A stretch of DNA of 64,000 nucleotides from Thermoprotei archaeon (GCA_049976445.1 JBMFIF010000002.1:5115-69114); one strand, 5' to 3'. Positions 1 through 12,443 are shown, numbered from the stretch's first letter. Numbers and translations are program-made. The notes: generated by a model not told the origin, from the sequence alone.

Positions 1-46
1 TGAGAAGTGATCCATTATTTAAAGGATAATAAAAGTGTAGGGTTTT

Positions 47-322
47 TTATTTTGTTTTTTGTGTTTTTTGTGCTGTGAGTGTTTTGTGTTTTGTGAGGTA
101 CCAGTATCTTAGGGCTATTGTTTTTCTGTTGTTTGTTGTTTTTGTTGGTTCTATGATTACTTTTCTTGGTATTTCTGTCGAGAGTCTTGTCCTGCATCTT
201 GGGCATCGACCGTTAATACTGTACCTCTTAATCACATCAACGGGACTGATAGCCTCCTCAGTATCATAATACAAAAGATAACCACAAGCCCTACACACAA
301 CACTCATCGGCATCCAACACAC
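47..322 (-). CDS. small C4 zinc-ribbon protein (hypothetical)
   Basis: 91-aa ORF with CRACG...CPRC pairs (CxxC-x25-CxxC). The C-terminal tail is encoded by a low-complexity GT-rich tract. No recognised family. Confidence 0.3.
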   Translation of the reverse strand: MCWMPMSVVCRACGYLLYYDTEEAISPVDVIKRYSINGRCPRCRTRLSTEIPRKVIIEPTKTTNNRKTIALRYWYLTKHKTLTAQKTQKTK

Positions 323-496
323 CTTGAGGTATTATAAAAATTTCCAAAAAACTACTTATACTTAATCGCATGAAATAATATGATTTTTGATGATAGAAGT
401 TTTGCAGATTCGGTCTACTCTAATAAAATTTTGATGTGAATTAAGTTGAATTTATTCAAATAATATTTAGTTATTTGCTAAATTTTTTTGTAGTAA

Positions 497-1420
497 TTAT
501 ACTAGTCTAGGGCAAACGATGTATAATGGGCATGAAGAACAATATTTAACTTTATCACGGCACCAATATTTTCCAACAAGTTCTAATGCGGAGAGTATTT
601 TTGGGTTTTCAGGGAAAAGTTTGTCGCTTATTTTTTTAACTATTGTTGATATTTTCTCTTTATCCTGTATTTTTGCGTCTTCTTGTGTTATGAAGCCAAG
701 TTCTGTTAATGGTCTTAGTAGGGAATTGGTGATTGGTATTCTGATTTCATTGTGAACGTTCTCCCATAGCCCGTAGACCATTGTTATCTGCCAGATTGTC
801 ATGTCTGCAAATTCTGAATCGCAACTGGGTAGTGTGCTTAATGCTTGGCGAAGTATGTTGAGTGCATCTTTTTGATTTTTGGGTTTTCCATTTGAAATGA
901 TATTATTTATTATTTGCTTTTTTTCATTATATTCTAGATCTGTGTATTGGTTGATATCATCTTTTATTGTATTTACGAGATTCCATGAAAAGTCTATTAA
1001 ATCTTCGACATTACTATTTATTATCCATTTGGCAATTATGCTTAGTGTTTTGGATACTTTTTTAATCTGAGTTTCGTTCATGTTTTTTGCTTGTTTAATT
1101 GTTGAGAATGCTAAAAATACGTGTTCCTCATCTGTATATGATTCGATTGATGATGCAATATCGCCTATCTTATTCATTAATTTCCATGCAATGTGAAGTG
1201 TTTTATTTTTCATGATGTTATTTTGATGGTCTAGAAGGTTCACGAGCATTATTCCGAAGATTAAAGATTCTTTTGATAAGGAAATTTTATTAATACCTAT
1301 TTTACTCATTCGTTTCTCTATTCTATCGTTATTCTTCTCGTTCAACTCATATAATCTTTCTCTGAGATAACTGATGGTTCCATTTTTGATGTTAATCATT
1401 CCTTTGTCTGTTAGAAACAT
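497..1420 (-). CDS. hypothetical protein with C-terminal C-x6-C-x2-C-x5-C cysteine cluster
   Basis: 307-aa ORF immediately downstream of vps4 on the same strand. The C-terminus WCRDKVKYCSSCPLYIVCP matches the spacing of the EndoIII/MutY-type [4Fe-4S] loop. No HhH-GPD motif is seen. Confidence 0.4.
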   Translation of the reverse strand: MFLTDKGMINIKNGTISYLRERLYELNEKNNDRIEKRMSKIGINKISLSKESLIFGIMLVNLLDHQNNIMKNKTLHIAWKLMNKIGDIASSIESYTDEEHVFLAFSTIKQAKNMNETQIKKVSKTLSIIAKWIINSNVEDLIDFSWNLVNTIKDDINQYTDLEYNEKKQIINNIISNGKPKNQKDALNILRQALSTLPSCDSEFADMTIWQITMVYGLWENVHNEIRIPITNSLLRPLTELGFITQEDAKIQDKEKISTIVKKISDKLFPENPKILSALELVGKYWCRDKVKYCSSCPLYIVCPRLV

Positions 1421-1495
1421 AATTAAATCTAAATATAAACCTTCCTGATAATCTAGGATTTTAATCTCAGATTTTGGAAAGTATGAAAGTATAAT

Positions 1496-2638
1496 TTAGA
1501 GTGCTTTATGTTGTTCAAACCATTTTTGATAGCGCTCTATCATATCTTTAGTTATGCTTGGCTTTCTGTTTTTGATCACAATTTTAAAATCTTCCATCGT
1601 AATGCTTCTAGGCTCATTTCTGTTATTATGTTCAAAGAATTCTTCGATAACCTTTATGTGAGCATCTCTACACACATCTAGAATATCGCTAGCTGAGTAA
1701 CCCTCAGTCATTTTAGCTAACTCCTCAAGATCTATGGAAGGGTCTAGTTTAAGTTTTGATGTATAGAATTTAAATAACTCAATCCTAGACTTAAAATCTG
1801 GAGGAGGTACTAGTATTCTTTTTTGGAATCGTCTTATAAAAGCTTCATCTAACATCCAAGGTTTATTAGTAGTTCCGATAACAAATATGAGCCGATCTCT
1901 ATCTTTTTCCATTAATCCATCCATTTCTTTGAGTAGTTGTGTGCGCATTCTAGTCTCACCACCAACTTCCTGAAAATGTATTGATGCTAACGCGTCGACC
2001 TCATCTATAAGAATTATTACTGGCTTGTTCTGTGATTCTAGTCTCCTTGCTTCTTTGAATACTCTAGCAATATTTTTTTCTGATTCGCCAAGCCATTTTG
2101 ACATAACATTAGAACTATCAATAAGCATTACTATAGCGTTAATTTCATTTGCAACAGCTGCCATTAACATAGTCTTACCACAACCAGGTGGACCAAAGAG
2201 AAGAATACCCCTTGGCCAACCCAACGGAAAAAGATCACGTCTCTTTATTGGATACACTATTGAATGAATTATTGCTCTCTTTGCATCTTCAAGACCGATT
2301 ATATCCTCCCATCTAATATTCGGCCTGCTCCCCAAGATATACTCTGCATCAATGTTAGATCTTTCCTTTTCACTACTATAATAATAGTTACCAATTTCTT
2401 CTGGTTGATCTTCTAATAATTTTTCAAGCTCTTCGACTTTATTTCTATACATCATTATGTAACGTGCATAGTTCCTATTCATTATGCTATCTGGATATAA
2501 CTCAATTAATTTCGATAGTGCATCTATAGCTCTTCTATAATATCTAATTGCTTCACTATATTGTTTGTTATTTTCATATTGGATAGCTTTAGTGGCATTT
2601 TCCCGTGCATAATCTAACAGTTCTTTACTCGCATACAT
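1496..2638 (-). CDS. cdvC: Vps4-like AAA+ ATPase (CdvC) with N-terminal MIT domain
   Basis: 380 aa. The N-terminal helical MIT-like region (YYRRAIDALSKLIELY) precedes a single AAA domain. Walker A is GPPGCGKT, Walker B is ILIDEVD, and the second region of homology is present. Confidence 0.85.
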   Translation of the reverse strand: MYASKELLDYARENATKAIQYENNKQYSEAIRYYRRAIDALSKLIELYPDSIMNRNYARYIMMYRNKVEELEKLLEDQPEEIGNYYYSSEKERSNIDAEYILGSRPNIRWEDIIGLEDAKRAIIHSIVYPIKRRDLFPLGWPRGILLFGPPGCGKTMLMAAVANEINAIVMLIDSSNVMSKWLGESEKNIARVFKEARRLESQNKPVIILIDEVDALASIHFQEVGGETRMRTQLLKEMDGLMEKDRDRLIFVIGTTNKPWMLDEAFIRRFQKRILVPPPDFKSRIELFKFYTSKLKLDPSIDLEELAKMTEGYSASDILDVCRDAHIKVIEEFFEHNNRNEPRSITMEDFKIVIKNRKPSITKDMIERYQKWFEQHKAL

Positions 2639-2662
2639 TTGCTATCTACTCCTTCAGGTGAT

Positions 2663-3511
2663 TTACTCAGGTTTCAACTTACCGGCACGACTTAAACTGT
2701 CTATTGCCCTCCTTACATCATCAGGAGAAACGCCTAAATATCTAGCACAGTCCATTACATTAAGCTCACCATTATGTTCTAAAACCCACAAATAAACTTT
2801 ATCTTCCAGAGAGAGAAGTTTCTCAGTTCTCACGTTTATAACTTTATTTTGGGTACTTGAACTTTTATCAGACCTTGAAAGCGGGCCCTCTCCTATACTA
2901 ATAGACTCAGCAACCTTTTGAACTTTATCGGTAATCTTCTCTTTAGAAGCTGTAGGAGGTTCAGGTAATAAAGACCTTTCTTTTATCATAGTACCTGCAA
3001 CTGCAGCGGCTTCTTTCAGGATCTTATTCAGATCTGCATCACTTGTATCTAAGGGTAATGTTTCAAATGTATCTGGATATTTTGCACCTAACTGTTCAAG
3101 TACAGCGTTTGATAAGACATTAAGATCGTTTTCAAGTTCTGGTGCGATTTGTGGTATTACAGTACGAACATCGCTTATAAGACCTTGTAATGAGGAAAGT
3201 AGACTAGCAGCATCACCTAACTCAATAATTGTCTCAAGTCGTAACAGTAGTTGCTCTAATGAAATACTTGCACTTTCAACAGATTTAACTAGCTTCCTTA
3301 ATTCAGCTACCTCATTAGCATATATTGTAGCATATTGAGCATTTCCTGATGCTTGAGCTGTTACAACCTTGTCAAACATCTCTTTCTCTTTTTTCCTCAA
3401 CCTGTATTTGGCTAATTCTAAACGTGAAACATAACTTCTAAGTTTTATTATAGTATCATTAATTATATCTTTAAGATCACGCCTTCTTTTTAAAAAATTT
3501 ATTCTAACCAT
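2663..3511 (-). CDS. cdvB: ESCRT-III (Snf7-like) CdvB with C-terminal winged-helix domain
   Basis: 282 aa. A Snf7-type coiled-coil core is followed by a C-terminal wH-like segment (MDCARYLGVSPDDVRRAIDSLSRAGKL). It lies 24 nt upstream of vps4 on the same strand. Confidence 0.75.
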   Translation of the reverse strand: MVRINFLKRRRDLKDIINDTIIKLRSYVSRLELAKYRLRKKEKEMFDKVVTAQASGNAQYATIYANEVAELRKLVKSVESASISLEQLLLRLETIIELGDAASLLSSLQGLISDVRTVIPQIAPELENDLNVLSNAVLEQLGAKYPDTFETLPLDTSDADLNKILKEAAAVAGTMIKERSLLPEPPTASKEKITDKVQKVAESISIGEGPLSRSDKSSSTQNKVINVRTEKLLSLEDKVYLWVLEHNGELNVMDCARYLGVSPDDVRRAIDSLSRAGKLKPE

Positions 3512-3635
3512 GATGAATCAGCTCCTTCCCCATAATTAGGGGAAATAAACGAAGAAAAAGTGAGAAAAAATGATTGTTAATAAAAAAGAAAAAATGATAT
3601 GAAAATAAAAAATTATTTAGGCTATTTATATCATC

Positions 3636-3666
3636 CGCCGCTGAGGCATGTTCATAGCCTGCGGCG
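3636..3666 (-). terminator. GC-rich hairpin between the tandem ESCRT-III genes
   Basis: cgccgc/gcggcg and aggc/gcct stems in an otherwise AT-rich spacer. On the minus strand it is followed by a T-rich run. Confidence 0.3.
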
Positions 3667-3686
3667 TCCATATTATGCACCTAGTT

Positions 3687-4325
3687 TTATGTAGTTGAGG
3701 GGCCTTTCTCTTTTTCTGGACTTGGAAGCTCTGAAAACTCTTTGCTTCTACTTTCAGCAACAGCCTGTGCTTCTTTGAGTATTTTTTCAGCTTCTTCACT
3801 CTGTGGACCGAAGGCTCCAAAGTGAACGCCTGAGATCTCTCCAGCTTCAGTGAGTACAGATGTTAGTGCTTCGCCTATGTCGCCTAGTTCTCTCTCAGCT
3901 TCAGGTAATATGCCTATTAATTGTCTCTTAACAGCGTTCACAACACCTATTGCAGGTTCGATTGCAGCAACAACATCACCTATCTCTTTAATCGTACCAA
4001 GTCTTAATATTACGGATTCTAGTGCTATCTTACTCTGAAGTACTACTTTGGCAACTTTTCTTACTCCAGCTACTTCGTTAGCATACATGTATGCACGATC
4101 AGAATCATTCTTTATGTACGCGTTAACCAATTGCTCGAAAAGTCTGCGATCTCGCTCTTGTAAACGGTGATAAAGTTGGTCGAGTTTCATAGTTTGAGTT
4201 TCAAGTTTTCTTGTAACTTGGTCGATTTTATTCTTTAACGGTGGTGATGGATATACTGCATCCCTTATTCTTCCCGAAAGGGGCTCTTTCGGCTCCCTTT
4301 CCCATCTTCTTGCGAAGTTTGCCAT
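3687..4325 (-). CDS. ESCRT-III (Snf7-like) paralog, no winged helix
   Basis: 212 aa. Its core aligns with the downstream CdvB (YMYANEVAGVRKVAKVV.. versus TIYANEVAELRKLVKSV..), and it has an acidic C-terminus. Confidence 0.65.
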   Translation of the reverse strand: MANFARRWEREPKEPLSGRIRDAVYPSPPLKNKIDQVTRKLETQTMKLDQLYHRLQERDRRLFEQLVNAYIKNDSDRAYMYANEVAGVRKVAKVVLQSKIALESVILRLGTIKEIGDVVAAIEPAIGVVNAVKRQLIGILPEAERELGDIGEALTSVLTEAGEISGVHFGAFGPQSEEAEKILKEAQAVAESRSKEFSELPSPEKEKGPSTT

Positions 4326-4565
4326 TTATTTATCACCAAATCTATGATAACAAAATACTAAAATAAAAGAGAAGTATTTTGCATACCTCAAAGCATAAAT
4401 GAAAATATGCTATAAAATGTTCATTAAATAACAGCAAAACATTTCATGTATGGGTTATAAAATGGGAATGAAGCATTATGATAAGCAATAAATTAGTTTA
4501 GAATTATTCGTACGTTAAACACTACAAAATCTCGTGTACTTTAAAAAGACACTCATTAGCTTATT

Positions 4566-5957
4566 TTATCCTAACATAAGTTTAATGCTTCTGAGGAAAT
4601 CTGAAAAGCATTCGCGAGCAATGTTTGTTATTGATAAATCTTTTTTACTGATGTTTTTGGATAATCGTTCTATTCTATATGATACAGGTGGATGTGCATC
4701 AAACCATTTTAACCACGAATAGGCTCTAGTAGAGTAATCTTGTTCATACTTGAGTCTTCTATATCCTATCCTCTTTAATGCCTCTATGAGGGAATCAGCG
4801 CTATTTGTATAAAATGCTCCTACTAGGTCAGCTCTTTCCTCAAAAAATTTTGCGATGAAAAATACTGTTGTGAAGGAGAGCATTAGGTATAAGTAAGCTA
4901 ATATGATTGGTATGTTTAATGTTATGAGAATTCTTATGATGTATTCAATAGAGAATAATGTTGATACTATTATAGGATCGTAATTGACTATGTGACTAAA
5001 TTCGTGAGCAATGACAGCCTTGATCTCATTTTCTTTTAATGTCATCAGTAGACCAATCGTTATTGCTATGGTAGCATATCTTTTTGAGATACCTGTTGCT
5101 GCAGCGTTTGATATTGTTGTATTTATTAGAGTGATTTTAGGCATGTTGATACGAAAGTTTTTTCTTACTTCATCAACTAGTCCGTATACATCTATACTAG
5201 TTATCTTAACATTCAGAACGTTTATGCCATATTTGTTTAGTATGTTTGTTACTGTCAGGTTGTCTATGGAGTTGTTTATTTTTATTGTTTGTTCGTAGAT
5301 TTCTTTTTTAATTTGTGCTTTATTTTTAGATATTATGTTAATGCTTTTTATGTATTCATTTTCTGGTATCCAGCATTCGACTATGTATGCGTGTCGATTA
5401 TCTTGAGTGATTTTGTAGTCACTAATTTTTAGCATTATCTTATCTGAGAATAGCAAGATTACATATTGACTTAGAACTAATAATATTGGTAAATAATATC
5501 CTAAAAAGTAAAAGCCGATTGTAGCTATTAGAATTAATATACCAATCATAGCGATTGGGTTTCCTAAAAGAAGTTTTAGTATAATATTTTCTGTTCTCGA
5601 TTTTTCTGTTAAGTAATACTTATCTGTGAAAAGGAAAGCGACGGATTTTGCAGGTTGTTGTAATGTGAGAGCTGGATAGAGTAAGCCTTTTATTATCTCA
5701 TACGCCTTGTTAGCAATTTTAATATCCCCGTTTGACCAGATTACTACCATTGGTTCTTCTTCAGGGACTATTATTGCTCGTGCATTTATTTGTTGTAAGG
5801 ATATCTCTATTGCACTGTAATTCTGGAAAGTTGTTTCTGTAAAAGGTATGTTTTTTTCTTCAATTTTTTTCTTTACATCATTTTTGTTTAAGGATTCTGG
5901 TAATCGATATATGAATGGTATGTTGCTATCTTCTGGACTAGCCAGCATCAAAGTCAC
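4566..5957 (-). CDS. membrane Zn-metalloprotease, M48 (HtpX-like) family
   Basis: 463 aa with several TM helices. The HEFSHIVNYD HExxH motif sits in the C-terminal half. Confidence 0.7.
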   Translation of the reverse strand: MTLMLASPEDSNIPFIYRLPESLNKNDVKKKIEEKNIPFTETTFQNYSAIEISLQQINARAIIVPEEEPMVVIWSNGDIKIANKAYEIIKGLLYPALTLQQPAKSVAFLFTDKYYLTEKSRTENIILKLLLGNPIAMIGILILIATIGFYFLGYYLPILLVLSQYVILLFSDKIMLKISDYKITQDNRHAYIVECWIPENEYIKSINIISKNKAQIKKEIYEQTIKINNSIDNLTVTNILNKYGINVLNVKITSIDVYGLVDEVRKNFRINMPKITLINTTISNAAATGISKRYATIAITIGLLMTLKENEIKAVIAHEFSHIVNYDPIIVSTLFSIEYIIRILITLNIPIILAYLYLMLSFTTVFFIAKFFEERADLVGAFYTNSADSLIEALKRIGYRRLKYEQDYSTRAYSWLKWFDAHPPVSYRIERLSKNISKKDLSITNIARECFSDFLRSIKLMLG

Positions 5958-6228
5958 CTAAGTAGTTTAGGCTTCTTGAAATGCTAAATTGACCATAAAT
6001 TGTTAATAATTGTGATTGTATGTATGAGATTAGTTCATTAAAGTTTTCTATGAGTTGTTTCTCTGCATTATCAGCTGAGGTTTCACTCCGAACTATATGA
6101 TAATACGCTTTCAAACTTAAGTATCGTGCTGATCTGCTGTTTATTTTTAATCCCATCATGCGTGCCTCGTGTCTTATGAGCTTCTCAATATCTTTAATAA
6201 AATAATGCCAAAATGTCATTTTTCCCAC
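5938..6228 (-). CDS. small hypothetical protein, co-oriented with and overlapping the M48 protease start
   Basis: 96-aa ORF with a 20-nt overlap on the downstream gene, which suggests an operon. No family recognised. Confidence 0.3.
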   Translation of the reverse strand: MGKMTFWHYFIKDIEKLIRHEARMMGLKINSRSARYLSLKAYYHIVRSETSADNAEKQLIENFNELISYIQSQLLTIYGQFSISRSLNYLGDFDAG

Positions 6229-6231
6229 TCT

Positions 6232-7563
6232 TCAGGGGTATATTCGTGTCGGTGTTCTTGGGAACATAATAGCATCTCTAACATGTGGAAGACCAGCTAT
6301 CCATTTTATAAATCTTTCTATTCCAAGGCCAAATCCAGCATGTGGAACAGATCCATACCTGCGAAGATCAATGTACCACTCATAATCTTCTGGTTTAAGA
6401 TCAAAATCCTTAATTCTCCTAAGGAGTAGATCTAGGTCATGTATTCTTTGACCACCACTAGTTATTTCTCCTAATCCAGGGGCGTAGAAATCTGATGAAA
6501 GAGTAACATCTGGCCTTTGAGGATCAGGCATATGATAAAATGACCTAGTAGAGACTGGGAATTTCGTTACAAAAAACGGTGTATCAAAACTGTTTGCTAA
6601 AACTTTTTCAGCTTCAGCACCAAAATCTTCACCCCACTTCATAGAAATCCCTTTAGAAGAAAGTAGGTCCAAGGCTTCATCGTAAGTAATTCTTGGATAT
6701 GGTGGTTCAGAAATCTTTATGCTATCTCTTCCTAAAACTGTTAGCTCACGCTTTCTCTCTTCAATAACCTTCTTCGCAGCATGATATACAAGCTCCTCCT
6801 CTACACGCATTATATCATCATGATCAGCAAAAGCTACCTCAGCCTCTAAATGCCAAAATTCAGTAAGATGTTTAGGTGTTCTGGATTTCTCGGCTCTGAA
6901 TGACGGTTCTAACGAATAAACTTTTTCGAACGCAAAAATAGCAGCTTCTAGATAAAACTGCGAACTCTGTGTTAGATAAGCTGTTTTACCAAAATATCTC
7001 ACAGGAAATAACGTTGCACCACCTTCAACAGCTGCAGTAATAAATATAGGAGCCTGTACTTCTACAAATCCATTTGCATCAAGCCACTCTCTAAAACCCT
7101 TTATAGCCGTTTCTCGTATTCTTAAAACAGCAATGATCTTAGGTCTCCGAAGCTGTAAATGCCTATGATCAAGCAAAAACTTCTTACCAACACCCTTCCT
7201 TATAGGAAAATCATGAGAAACACCAATAATCTCAACAGACTTAGCACTAATCTCAACACCACCAGGAGCCCTAGGATCTTTCCTTAACGTACCAATAACT
7301 TTCAAAGATGCCTCCCTATCCAATTGCGCAATCATATTATAAACATCTTCGCCTACAATATTCTTTCTAACAGCAACCTGTATAGACCCAGTACTATCCC
7401 TTAAATTAATAAAAGTTAGACCACCATGAACCCTTAAATTTTCAGCCCAACCTAATAACTCAACCTCTGAACCTTCATCCTTAGAAACGATATCCGATAC
7501 AAACATCCTCTTACCTAATGCAATCCTTCTTACATTATTTGCCACACTTAACCACTCCACCAC
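6232..7563 (-). CDS. aspS: aspartate--tRNA ligase (archaeal class IIb Asp/AsnRS type)
   Basis: 443 aa. It has an N-terminal OB anticodon-binding domain and class II motifs (FRAEKSRTPKHLTEFWHLEAE, GSGLGIERF-like GFGLGIERF). The true start may be the internal Met (MFVSDIVS). Confidence 0.8.
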   Translation of the reverse strand: MVEWLSVANNVRRIALGKRMFVSDIVSKDEGSEVELLGWAENLRVHGGLTFINLRDSTGSIQVAVRKNIVGEDVYNMIAQLDREASLKVIGTLRKDPRAPGGVEISAKSVEIIGVSHDFPIRKGVGKKFLLDHRHLQLRRPKIIAVLRIRETAIKGFREWLDANGFVEVQAPIFITAAVEGGATLFPVRYFGKTAYLTQSSQFYLEAAIFAFEKVYSLEPSFRAEKSRTPKHLTEFWHLEAEVAFADHDDIMRVEEELVYHAAKKVIEERKRELTVLGRDSIKISEPPYPRITYDEALDLLSSKGISMKWGEDFGAEAEKVLANSFDTPFFVTKFPVSTRSFYHMPDPQRPDVTLSSDFYAPGLGEITSGGQRIHDLDLLLRRIKDFDLKPEDYEWYIDLRRYGSVPHAGFGLGIERFIKWIAGLPHVRDAIMFPRTPTRIYP

Positions 7564-7756
7564 TTCAGCTCATTCCTATCTGATACAAACAAAAATATTT
7601 ATCGCTTTCAAAACATCTTCACAAAAAATAAAATAGTAAGTCATTCATAAAAATTTGTACGCTTTGCTAAATAATTCGGAATTACTTCTTAAAGTTATTA
7701 TATCATTCAAGAATAGTAAAGTATTTATAAATGTTGTGCTATGAAAATGTTGCATT

Positions 7757-8431
7757 ATGATGAAAAGTATTAAAAGTCTGTTACATAGTAGAGAGCATGA
7801 TATTTTACGAATGGTAGTGGAACAAACTACGATTGTGCGTGATTCTATCTTTTTACTTGAGGATTTATTTCAGAAATTAAAGAATGGAGATTGGGGATAT
7901 GCGATAGAAAAAAGTTTAGAAATTGCTAGGGAAGAGCATAAGACTGATGTCAAGCGGGAAGAGATAGCTACTAAAATCTTTAAAGAAGCCTATATGCCAG
8001 ATTTCAGAGAAGCAATATTAATGCTAATTGAGAAAATAGATGAAGTAATAGATTCAATAAAGGATACTTCCAGAATTATAACGCAGAGAAAATTTGATGA
8101 AAAAATATTGAATGTTTTAGAGCCGGAGTTCACTGCTTATGTTAAATTATGCGTGAAAGCTGTTGAAACGATGTATTTTTCAATAAGCAAGCTTATTATT
8201 AACATTGATGAATCTATAAAACTTATAAATGAGATTAAATCGTTAGAGGTTCAAGTTGATGAGATGAAAATGTTATTGATAAAGCGCATATATAACATAG
8301 ATGAGAAAACAATCAGCATATTAACACTACTTCAAATTAAGGATGTTATTCTCTTTATGGATAATATTGTTGATAATGCTGAGGATGTCGGTGATGTTCT
8401 TCAACTCTTATACTTTACTATAAAAAGTTAA
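7757..8431 (+). CDS. DUF47 / PhoU-like phosphate-transport regulator-related protein
   Basis: 224-aa helical protein. Its size and N-terminus are typical of the DUF47 family that pairs with PiT transporters. It is convergent with the PiT-like gene. Confidence 0.5.
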   Translation: MMKSIKSLLHSREHDILRMVVEQTTIVRDSIFLLEDLFQKLKNGDWGYAIEKSLEIAREEHKTDVKREEIATKIFKEAYMPDFREAILMLIEKIDEVIDSIKDTSRIITQRKFDEKILNVLEPEFTAYVKLCVKAVETMYFSISKLIINIDESIKLINEIKSLEVQVDEMKMLLIKRIYNIDEKTISILTLLQIKDVILFMDNIVDNAEDVGDVLQLLYFTIKS

Positions 8432-9266
8432 GTATCAAATACACGAATAAGGAAATAGTTGTTCCAATAATTGGTGCTATGATCCAGTTCTTAAACATTT
8501 TCATAGAGCTGCCAACACGTAGGCTTCCCTTGGCAAGGTTTATACCGATTAGACTTCCTGTTATTGTTTGAGTTACTGATATTGGTATACCTATTGCTGT
8601 GAAAAATTGTATTATGATATTGGACGAAAGGAGAGCTGAGACAGTTGCTATACGACCTAATCTGCTGAGACGAAAACCAACTTCAATAAATATTCTTTTG
8701 CTCATTATAAGTAATCCTAGTGCACCAGCGATACCATTGATTAATAAAAGTTCAGTATAACCAATCTGTATTGAAGAAACCCTAATAATAGATATAATAA
8801 AACCAATCACATTCGCACCAACCAAATACGAATTATATAAACTCATAAACACGATTAGAAATTTTATCTTAAAACTTAAACCTACATCAGGCTTTAAAAA
8901 TGAATACCTATAAAAGATATTATAAAAAAACGCTGACAAAAATACTGATACTACAACACTAACTATCCATGATATAACAGTAAACAAAAAATAATTCCAA
9001 TTGATCATAAATATTCCTGCTGCTGCAAACCCCGCTATAGAAACTATCACCAATTGAGATACTGAAGTAGGAACACCAATTGCACTCAATAATATAAGAG
9101 TGACTATTGATGAAATCATTATGGATAAGAGCTCATCAGGTTTGCCATTAACTATCAACGTACTACCATAATTAATCATTAACGTTGCGTTTATTATAAC
9201 ACCAGCAAGAATCCCTAAAGCACAAAAAAACACAGCAGTCTTTCTCTTTAAAATGCCTGAACCCAT
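8418..9266 (-). CDS. inorganic phosphate transporter, PiT family (short archaeal form)
   Basis: 282-aa membrane protein with two PiT signature repeats: GVPTSVSQLVIVSIAGFAAAG and GIPISVTQTITGSLIGINLAKG (G-x-P-x-S-x-T/S-Q/H ... G). Confidence 0.55.
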   Translation of the reverse strand: MGSGILKRKTAVFFCALGILAGVIINATLMINYGSTLIVNGKPDELLSIMISSIVTLILLSAIGVPTSVSQLVIVSIAGFAAAGIFMINWNYFLFTVISWIVSVVVSVFLSAFFYNIFYRYSFLKPDVGLSFKIKFLIVFMSLYNSYLVGANVIGFIISIIRVSSIQIGYTELLLINGIAGALGLLIMSKRIFIEVGFRLSRLGRIATVSALLSSNIIIQFFTAIGIPISVTQTITGSLIGINLAKGSLRVGSSMKMFKNWIIAPIIGTTISLFVYLILNFL

Positions 9267-9367
9267 AAGAACAGCCGGATTAATAGCAGAATTGTTTCCA
9301 CCACTTGTTAAGCTTAAAATAATACCCGCAGATAAAATTATAATCTCTTTAATAATTCCTATTCACC

Positions 9368-10051
9368 TCAAATAAAAGGAACTCCATACAATATTGACAT
9401 CAACGCCCTAACTATTATAATCCTCACACCAATCCATGCTGAAATTAACATAAATGTGGCAGCCAGTCTATTAGCACTTAAAATCTCACTTGCAGCATAA
9501 GATTGAAGAACAATACACCAAGTTATCGGTACAACATCAGCAATAAAAACATCTAATATATAATAAACACTATTAGACTGTGCCCATTTAATTAATGCCT
9601 CTTGAAATTGAATAGATAATGGAATACCAGCCTCATAATTGTACTGTATCCTTGGGAGAAAAAGTATTATAATTCCAGAAATTAACCGTCCAAGACCAAG
9701 TAATAACAGCAAATAAAACGAGAACAGCACGAATATCTTATAATACTCGTGCTTTACAGAAACAAGAACAAGAAGCATAGTCGAGAACAATATTAATCCA
9801 GACCCCTCAATAAGATATATAATAAATTCAGAAGAATAATACTGAAAAGTATTACCAAAAATCCCATTAATTTCTATGATCTTCGACGCAGAAGCATACG
9901 ACTTAAACATGGAAAAGAATAGAAATATCATGAAAGCCATCATCGGGCTTAGTAGATCCGGTGCTACTCGTTCTTCCTCCATTAATGCGCGTGGATTATA
10001 AACAATCCTCGCCAACCGCCTTATCATTCGTTTAACGATAATTAATGACAT
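9368..10051 (-). CDS. hypothetical polytopic membrane protein
   Basis: 227 aa with about 5 TM helices. No family recognised with confidence. Confidence 0.35.
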   Translation of the reverse strand: MSLIIVKRMIRRLARIVYNPRALMEEERVAPDLLSPMMAFMIFLFFSMFKSYASASKIIEINGIFGNTFQYYSSEFIIYLIEGSGLILFSTMLLVLVSVKHEYYKIFVLFSFYLLLLLGLGRLISGIIILFLPRIQYNYEAGIPLSIQFQEALIKWAQSNSVYYILDVFIADVVPITWCIVLQSYAASEILSANRLAATFMLISAWIGVRIIIVRALMSILYGVPFI

Positions 10052-10226
10052 ACATTCTCTTTAATTGTAATTATCGAAGTATAAATAAATTTATTCAACA
10101 AAAATAATACTCCTTTGGTAGCGTTAAGAAAGTAAGCTTAAACATCAAGAATAAATATGTCATTCTCTTTCTTCTTCTAAGGTAAACTTTATTTTGCAGA
10201 GTAAGATAAAAATAAGTGGTTAGTGA

Positions 10227-12443
<2,217 letters not shown>

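Noticed and set aside
3626-3820. 64-aa minus-strand ORF overlapping the 3' end of the 212-aa ESCRT-III gene
   Set aside because: It is in an alternative frame of the same strand region and basic/low-complexity. The ESCRT-III frame has clear homology.
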